A program made the translations under genes and the position numbers. Of a stretch of DNA of 64,000 nucleotides, positions 59,090-64,000 are shown in pieces. Origin of the DNA: an uncultured Chloroflexia bacterium (lineage in GTDB: Bacteria > Chloroflexota > Limnocylindria > Limnocylindrales > CSP1-4). The notes beneath the pieces are model-generated. The model was not told the origin of the DNA. It did no database searches and was given only the letters and a program-made list of their open reading frames with translations. Position 1 is the stretch's first letter. Every line of letters begins with the position of its first letter. The stretch spans positions 3,360,001-3,424,000 of the forward strand of contig OY970218.1 of assembly GCA_963713975.1 (NCBI GenBank), written 5' to 3'.

Positions 59090-59572
59090 GTGGATGCAAC
59101 CCGCATTCCGGAACCGTTCGGCTGGGAGGACCCGCTGACCGGTCTCGAGGGGCCCGACTTCTGGCAGCGCGCGCTCGTGGCCGAGGTCGCCCGGAGCGCC
59201 CGATACGGGCGCTCCCTGACGGTGGTGATCTGCGACCTGGAGGGCATCGACGACCTGGTCGACTCGTGGGGGATCGACGTGGCCCGGCATGCCATCCGCG
59301 AGGCGGCCCAGTGCCTGCGGCGGACGTCTCGCGGCAGTGACTACCTGACCCGCATCGGCACCTCCCGGTTCGGGGTGGTGCTGACCGAGACGGACGAGAT
59401 CGCGGCGATCAACTTCGTGGAGCGCGTCCGCGAGGCCGGTCCCCGCTCGATGCCCCGCGGAACCGACGGGCTCCGCTTCCTGTTCGGCTGGGCCAGCCCC
59501 ATGACAGGCGAGTCGGCCGATGCCGTCGTCCGCCGGGCCGACGCCCGCCTGATGGCGGAGATCGAGACCTAG
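59090..59572 (+). CDS. Stand-alone degenerate GGDEF domain protein
   Basis: DPLTGL, RSARYGRSL, RGSD; active-site motif reads GTSRF. Confidence 0.82.
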   Translation: MDATRIPEPFGWEDPLTGLEGPDFWQRALVAEVARSARYGRSLTVVICDLEGIDDLVDSWGIDVARHAIREAAQCLRRTSRGSDYLTRIGTSRFGVVLTETDEIAAINFVERVREAGPRSMPRGTDGLRFLFGWASPMTGESADAVVRRADARLMAEIET

Positions 59573-59804
59573 GTTCCCGCGCACTCGCGGGCGCTGCGTC
59601 AGGCGCGCCGGCATGCCCGCCACGCAGTCAAAGGACGACTGCTCGTCACCTTGTCGAATTCCCCTGGGCCAGGTTCGGGTGACAGGTAGTCACGAGCTCG
59701 AGGTCTTGTCACGAGGATGTCCGGTTCCGGCTGTCCAGCTCTGACGGACACTCGTACGCTGTCCATCTGGCGGGGACTCGCGAGGACGGCGGAGATCGAG
59801 ACCT
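59554..59804 (+). repeat. 17-bp direct repeat pair 234 bp apart
   Basis: GGCGGAGATCGAGACCT at 59554-59570 and 59788-59804. Confidence 0.7.
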
Positions 59805-59826
59805 GGGATCGTGGCTCTCGCACCGC

Positions 59827-61218
59827 TCAGTGTGAGGAGATCCGCTCCGCCAGGCTGCGTCCGGTCGGTGGCTTGCCCGTGCGGGCGGTCTGCTCATCCA
59901 GGCGGCTGAAGGCCCATTGGGCGTAGCGAACGCCGAGATAGCGGAACGGCTCGATCTCCCAGTTCTTCGAGTGGTGGTTGACGAGCGGCAGCGCGGTCAA
60001 CGGGCTCTCCGTCCCGCTGATCAGGTCCGTGAGGACGCGGCCGGCGAGGTTCGTCGTGGACACGCCGTGACCGATGTACCCGCGGGCCGTCGCGATCCCG
60101 GTCGCCAGGTCGAACGCCATCGTCGGATGCCAGTCACGAGGCATCCCCAGCGGGCCTCCCCACTCGTGCGTGAAGCGGATGTCGCGCAGCACCGGGAACC
60201 ACTCCCGCACGAACCCCTTGAGCCCCTCGTGCGTCGGTCCGTGGCGGTCGTACTCGGGCCGGATCGGCGAGCCGAACCGGTACGGCGCACCGCGCCCGCC
60301 AAACAGGATCCGGCCGTCCTCGGTCCGCGAGAGATAGTCGATGGACAGCCGCGTCGAAGCGACGACCTCGCGGTTCGCCCACCCGATCTCCGCCCACTGG
60401 GCGTCGCTCACGGGCTCGGTCAGCACGATCAGCGACCACAGAGGAACGAGCTGGCGATGCAGGCGCGGGATCTCCGAGAGATAGGCCTCGCCCGCCAACA
60501 CCACGACCGGCGCCCGCACCTCGCCGCGTGCCGTGACCAGCGTCGCCCGGCCCGACGCGTCGCGCGGTCGGAAGTCCGTCACGGCCGTCTGCTCGATGAT
60601 CCGGACGCCCAGACGCTCGACGACGCGTGCGAGTCCGCGGGTCAGGCGGCCCGGATGGACGACCGCGGCGTCGTCCGAGGCGAGGGCGCGGACCGCTCCC
60701 GCGACGTTGATGCGGTCCTTGAGCTGGGCGGCGTCGACCAGCCGGTAACGGTCGCCGAACCCGAACCGCTCGTACTCGCGGAGTGAGTCCTCGAGCGACG
60801 GCACTCCTTGGGGGCCGCGGGCGATGATGATCTCGCCGCCCTTGTGGAAGCCGGCGTCGATCGCCTCCGCCGCGCAGGCCCGACCCACCTCGTCGACCGC
60901 GTCGTAGGTCGCCTGCTGGGTCCGCCTGGCGGCGTCGTCGCCGTGGAGCCGCGCCAGCCGGTCCATCGTGATGTTGAGGTCCGGCGCACACCACGCCCCG
61001 TTGCGGCCGGAGGCCCCGAAGCCCGCGATCTCGCGCTCGACGACGACGATGTCCAGCCCCGGGTCGCGCCGCTTGAGGTAGTAGGCCGTCCAGAGACCCG
61101 TGAGGCCGGCTCCCAGGATCGCGATGTCGGCGTCCAACGAACCGTCGAGGGCTGGACGCGGGGCGAGGTCGTCGCCGGAGGTCTCGAGCCAGTACGAGAT
61201 GGCGTCGCGATGGTCCAC
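59827..61218 (-). CDS. FAD-dependent oxidoreductase (DAO/PuuB-like)
   Basis: SYWLE, ILGAGLTGLWTA, GASGRNG, HPGRL, GYIGHGV. Confidence 0.9.
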   Translation of the reverse strand: MDHRDAISYWLETSGDDLAPRPALDGSLDADIAILGAGLTGLWTAYYLKRRDPGLDIVVVEREIAGFGASGRNGAWCAPDLNITMDRLARLHGDDAARRTQQATYDAVDEVGRACAAEAIDAGFHKGGEIIIARGPQGVPSLEDSLREYERFGFGDRYRLVDAAQLKDRINVAGAVRALASDDAAVVHPGRLTRGLARVVERLGVRIIEQTAVTDFRPRDASGRATLVTARGEVRAPVVVLAGEAYLSEIPRLHRQLVPLWSLIVLTEPVSDAQWAEIGWANREVVASTRLSIDYLSRTEDGRILFGGRGAPYRFGSPIRPEYDRHGPTHEGLKGFVREWFPVLRDIRFTHEWGGPLGMPRDWHPTMAFDLATGIATARGYIGHGVSTTNLAGRVLTDLISGTESPLTALPLVNHHSKNWEIEPFRYLGVRYAQWAFSRLDEQTARTGKPPTGRSLAERISSH

Positions 61219-61338
61219 GGGCGCATGGTACCCACGGCCGCGTCCGCTGCGACCCGCAGTTGCGGGAACGAAGTGCGGCACGTTGCCGCCGTGAGCGGTA
61301 GGGTTGTCGCCCACCACCCGAGCCGCCGAGGTAGCCCC

Positions 61339-61695
61339 ATGACCGCCACCCCGACCACCGTCGGCGAGCTGTTCCGCTCGCTGGGCCTGACGCTGACCAT
61401 CCGCGCCGCCGCGGGCGACGAGGAGGAGGACGCCTGGGCCTGCACGCTGACCCGGCCCGACGGGGGCACGTACGAGATCGAGTCGGTCGCGTTCTTCGAC
61501 GTCGATCCCGACACGGGCGACGAGTGGATCGTCGAGCCCAGCCCGTCGCGCGCGCTGTCCGTGCTGGCCGGCGGCGACGTCGAGGACGAGACCGGCGACG
61601 ATGCCTCGGAAGACACCGAGGCGCAGGCCCGCGACTTCCTGGGTGACGAGGCCTACGCACTGCTCAACGAGCTGGACGCCCTCGGCATCGAGTAG
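61339..61695 (+). CDS. Acidic hypothetical protein
   Basis: GAGG SD; D/E-rich ORF with typical codon bias. Confidence 0.7.
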   Translation: MTATPTTVGELFRSLGLTLTIRAAAGDEEEDAWACTLTRPDGGTYEIESVAFFDVDPDTGDEWIVEPSPSRALSVLAGGDVEDETGDDASEDTEAQARDFLGDEAYALLNELDALGIE

Positions 61696-61755
61696 CCGGG
61701 ACGGGACGACCGTCCCGCGAACGGGACTGACCCGGCGCCGGCCCACGTCGGCAGC

Positions 61756-62046
61756 CTAGGAGACGGGCTCCAGGTCCACGGTCCGGACGGTCCGTGACCG
61801 GCCTGCCTCGGTGCGCACCACGGCTGCCGGTACGACGCCGCCGGCCATCTTCTCGATGACCGCGGTCTCGCCCGCGTACAGCCCCGTGCCGAGGATCCGG
61901 ACCCGGTGACCGATCTCCAGCCCCTGCCGTCCGTCGAGGGCGGCGGTGTTGATCGACACGCCGGTGGGCGGGGCACCGATCCCGGTGGTCGGCCGGGGGT
62001 TCGTCTTCTTGGGTGGGATGAAGACCTTGCGCTTGCGGGTGCCCAC
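61756..62046 (-). CDS. Small basic protein with KOW/SH3-like C-terminal domain
   Basis: LEIGHRVRILGTGLYAGETAVI; Lys/Arg-rich N-terminus. Confidence 0.65.
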   Translation of the reverse strand: MGTRKRKVFIPPKKTNPRPTTGIGAPPTGVSINTAALDGRQGLEIGHRVRILGTGLYAGETAVIEKMAGGVVPAAVVRTEAGRSRTVRTVDLEPVS

Positions 62047-62099
62047 TAGCGGTCTCGTCGGGCGCGCGAAGGGCGCCCTGCTCGTGCTGTCTGCGTCAC
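62046..62099 (-). CDS. Candidate 17-aa Arg-rich upstream ORF MTQTARAGRPSRARRDR
   Basis: GAGGTG SD, GTG start; TAG overlaps the next GTG (TAGTG). Confidence 0.35.
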   Translation of the reverse strand: MTQTARAGRPSRARRDR

Positions 62100-62184
62100 A
62101 TACACCTCGTCATGCCGACTCCATTGCGAACGGCCGGCCGCAGGAAGTGTATGCGACCCGCGCCACGTGCTCTCGCCGGCACTC

Positions 62185-62451
62185 TCAGGCCAAGACCTCG
62201 ACGGCCGTCGCGAGCGACCTGTCCGACGGCTCCACGAGCACCGTGCCGCCCGGCAGGACGACCACCGGGATGGCCAGGTAGCCCGCATCCGCGAGCATCG
62301 AGCGAACCGCCGGGTCCGCGTCGCGGTCGATCCAGACCCACTCGATCCCGGACGCGTCGAGCCAGCGCTTCGTGCGGCGGCAGTCGCCGCACCAGTCGGC
62401 ACCGTAGACGGTCACGACATCGGCGATGGGGAGCGCGGCGGGGTTGGGCAC
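62185..62451 (-). CDS. Glutaredoxin-like (mycoredoxin/NrdH-type) protein
   Basis: VYGADWCGDC, IPVV, LVEPS. Confidence 0.88.
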   Translation of the reverse strand: MPNPAALPIADVVTVYGADWCGDCRRTKRWLDASGIEWVWIDRDADPAVRSMLADAGYLAIPVVVLPGGTVLVEPSDRSLATAVEVLA

Positions 62452-62533
62452 GGATCGATTGTCGGACAGGTGGGGCACTCCGTGCGGGGCCACCCGGATG
62501 GGATCCTGGCCGCGCAGCCTCGAGAGGTCCCGG

Positions 62534-63511
62534 CTACAGGGCCAGCGCACCGTTGAGGTCGCGAAGCAGGCCGGCGGACCGCCGCAGGCCCGATGCCTCC
62601 TCGGCGGACAGCCCCAGGCGCAGCGTCCGTTCCACGCCCCGACGTCCGACGACCGCTGGCAGCGAGAGGTAGATGTCGTCAATGCCGTAGTAGTCCGCGA
62701 TCAGCGAGCTCACCGACAGCACCGTGTGCTGGTCCCGCAGGATCGCCTGGACAATCCGGACCAGGCCGGCCGCGACCGCATAGTAGGTGGCGCCCTTGCG
62801 CTCGATGATCTGGTAGGCGGCGTCGCGGGTGGCCTCGAAGATCTCGCGCATGGCATCGTCGTCGTCCACCATGCCCGCGGACGCCGCGAAGTCCCCGAGC
62901 GGCATGCCCGCGATGTTGGCCGACGACCAGACCGGGACCTCGGAGTCGCCATGCTCACCGGCGATGTGGGCGTGCACCGAGCGCGGGTCCACTCCGTAGT
63001 GCTCCGCGAGCAGCATCCGGAAGCGAGCGGTATCGAGGATCGTCCCGGACCCGATCACCCGCTCGGCCGGCAGGCCGGCAATCCGGTAGGTGAGGTACGC
63101 CAGCGCGTCCACCGGGTTGGTCGCGACAAGGATGATTCCATCCGGGTTGGCCTCGGCGATCTGCGGCACGAGCTCGCGGAAGATCGCGGCGTTCTTCTGG
63201 ACCAGGTCGGTGCGGGTCTCGCCCGGACGCTGTGCCGCACCGGCGGCGATCACCGTGATCGCGGCGCCGCGGCAGTCCGAGACGGGACCGGACCAGACGC
63301 GGGCCGTCCGGGCGAACGGGACCGCGTGCATGAGGTCCATCGCCTCGCCCTCGGCCTTCCGCTCGTTGGCGTCGGACAGGACGATCTCCGACGCGAGGCC
63401 GGACAGGAGGAGCCCGAAGGCGAAGGTGGACCCGACGGCGCCGGCGCCGACCACGGCTACGCGGGTGGGGTGGGCGGGTTCGAGCGGATCGACGATGGTG
63501 GACGCTGTCAT
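62534..63511 (-). CDS. ldh: L-lactate dehydrogenase
   Basis: VGAGAVG, AQRPGETR, ATNPVD, GTILDTARF, GEHGDSE. Confidence 0.95.
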   Translation of the reverse strand: MTASTIVDPLEPAHPTRVAVVGAGAVGSTFAFGLLLSGLASEIVLSDANERKAEGEAMDLMHAVPFARTARVWSGPVSDCRGAAITVIAAGAAQRPGETRTDLVQKNAAIFRELVPQIAEANPDGIILVATNPVDALAYLTYRIAGLPAERVIGSGTILDTARFRMLLAEHYGVDPRSVHAHIAGEHGDSEVPVWSSANIAGMPLGDFAASAGMVDDDDAMREIFEATRDAAYQIIERKGATYYAVAAGLVRIVQAILRDQHTVLSVSSLIADYYGIDDIYLSLPAVVGRRGVERTLRLGLSAEEASGLRRSAGLLRDLNGALAL

Positions 63512-63634
63512 GCGGCCACCCTACCCGAAGCGGCTCCCACGGGCCACGACCTCCGCCGTCACCGGCCCGCAACCCGTCCGGGCGTGTAGAGTCGCCTCGG
63601 CGCCCCGCTCATCCGCCCGCGAAAGGTCACGCCC

Positions 63635-64000
63635 GTGTCGCTGCCGTCACTCTCCCGCATCCCCGCCCCGCCCGACGCCATCCTCGGCCTGGCCGAGGCG
63701 TTCAAGGCGGACCCGCGCGCGGACAAGATCAACCTCGGCTCCGGGGTCTTCGTCGATGCGACCGGCAAGACCCCCGTCCTGCCCACCGTGATCGAGGCCG
63801 AACGGAGGCTCGCCGAGGCGTCCGGGAGCAAGCTCTACCGGCCCATCGACGGAGACGCCGCCTACCGCGAACTGGTGCGAGCCCTGGCGCTCGGGGCCGA
63901 CCACGAGGCCGTCACCTCCGGGCGCGCCCTGGCCACCCAGACCCCGGGCGGCACCGGTGGCCTGCGCGTCGCCGCGGACCTGCTCCGCCAGACCGGGTCC
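63635..64000 (+). CDS. Aspartate/aromatic amino acid aminotransferase (AspC/TyrB type); runs off window end
   Basis: Translated by hand: APPDAILGLAEAFKADPRADKINLG..QTPGGTGGLRVAAD. Confidence 0.9.
   Translation, partial: MSLPSLSRIPAPPDAILGLAEAFKADPRADKINLGSGVFVDATGKTPVLPTVIEAERRLAEASGSKLYRPIDGDAAYRELVRALALGADHEAVTSGRALATQTPGGTGGLRVAADLLRQTGS

Overview
A very GC-rich bacterial chromosomal segment. Gene style and content suggest Chloroflexota (Limnocylindria-like) or an actinobacterium-like lineage, but this is inference only. Core genes include a methylmalonyl-CoA mutase/propionyl-CoA carboxylase operon, parAB, tRNA-Asn, dnaG-rpoD, cysE-cysK, ldh and msrA. Most notable: (1) an intact 2360-bp DDE transposon (9951-12310) with 48-bp perfect terminal inverted repeats, an 8-bp target duplication, a palindromic target and a surface-protein passenger gene; (2) an ArsR-led DsrE-TusA-MvhD-HdrL-HdrA-wHTH-QmoC-like-hemerythrin operon with no HdrB or AprAB; (3) an orphan pol-beta-type nucleotidyltransferase divergent from a DEDDh exonuclease; (4) a leaderless Cys-containing leader peptide before cysE-cysK, against a background of many apparently leaderless genes; (5) a candidate ~150-nt ncRNA after parB; (6) a TTGAC palindrome cluster at the dnaG-rpoD promoter; (7) a diverged two-copy MITE/REP-like repeat. 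All product calls come from motif recognition by eye and no database searches were run. Start codons were often refined from the ORF track using SD or -10 signals.
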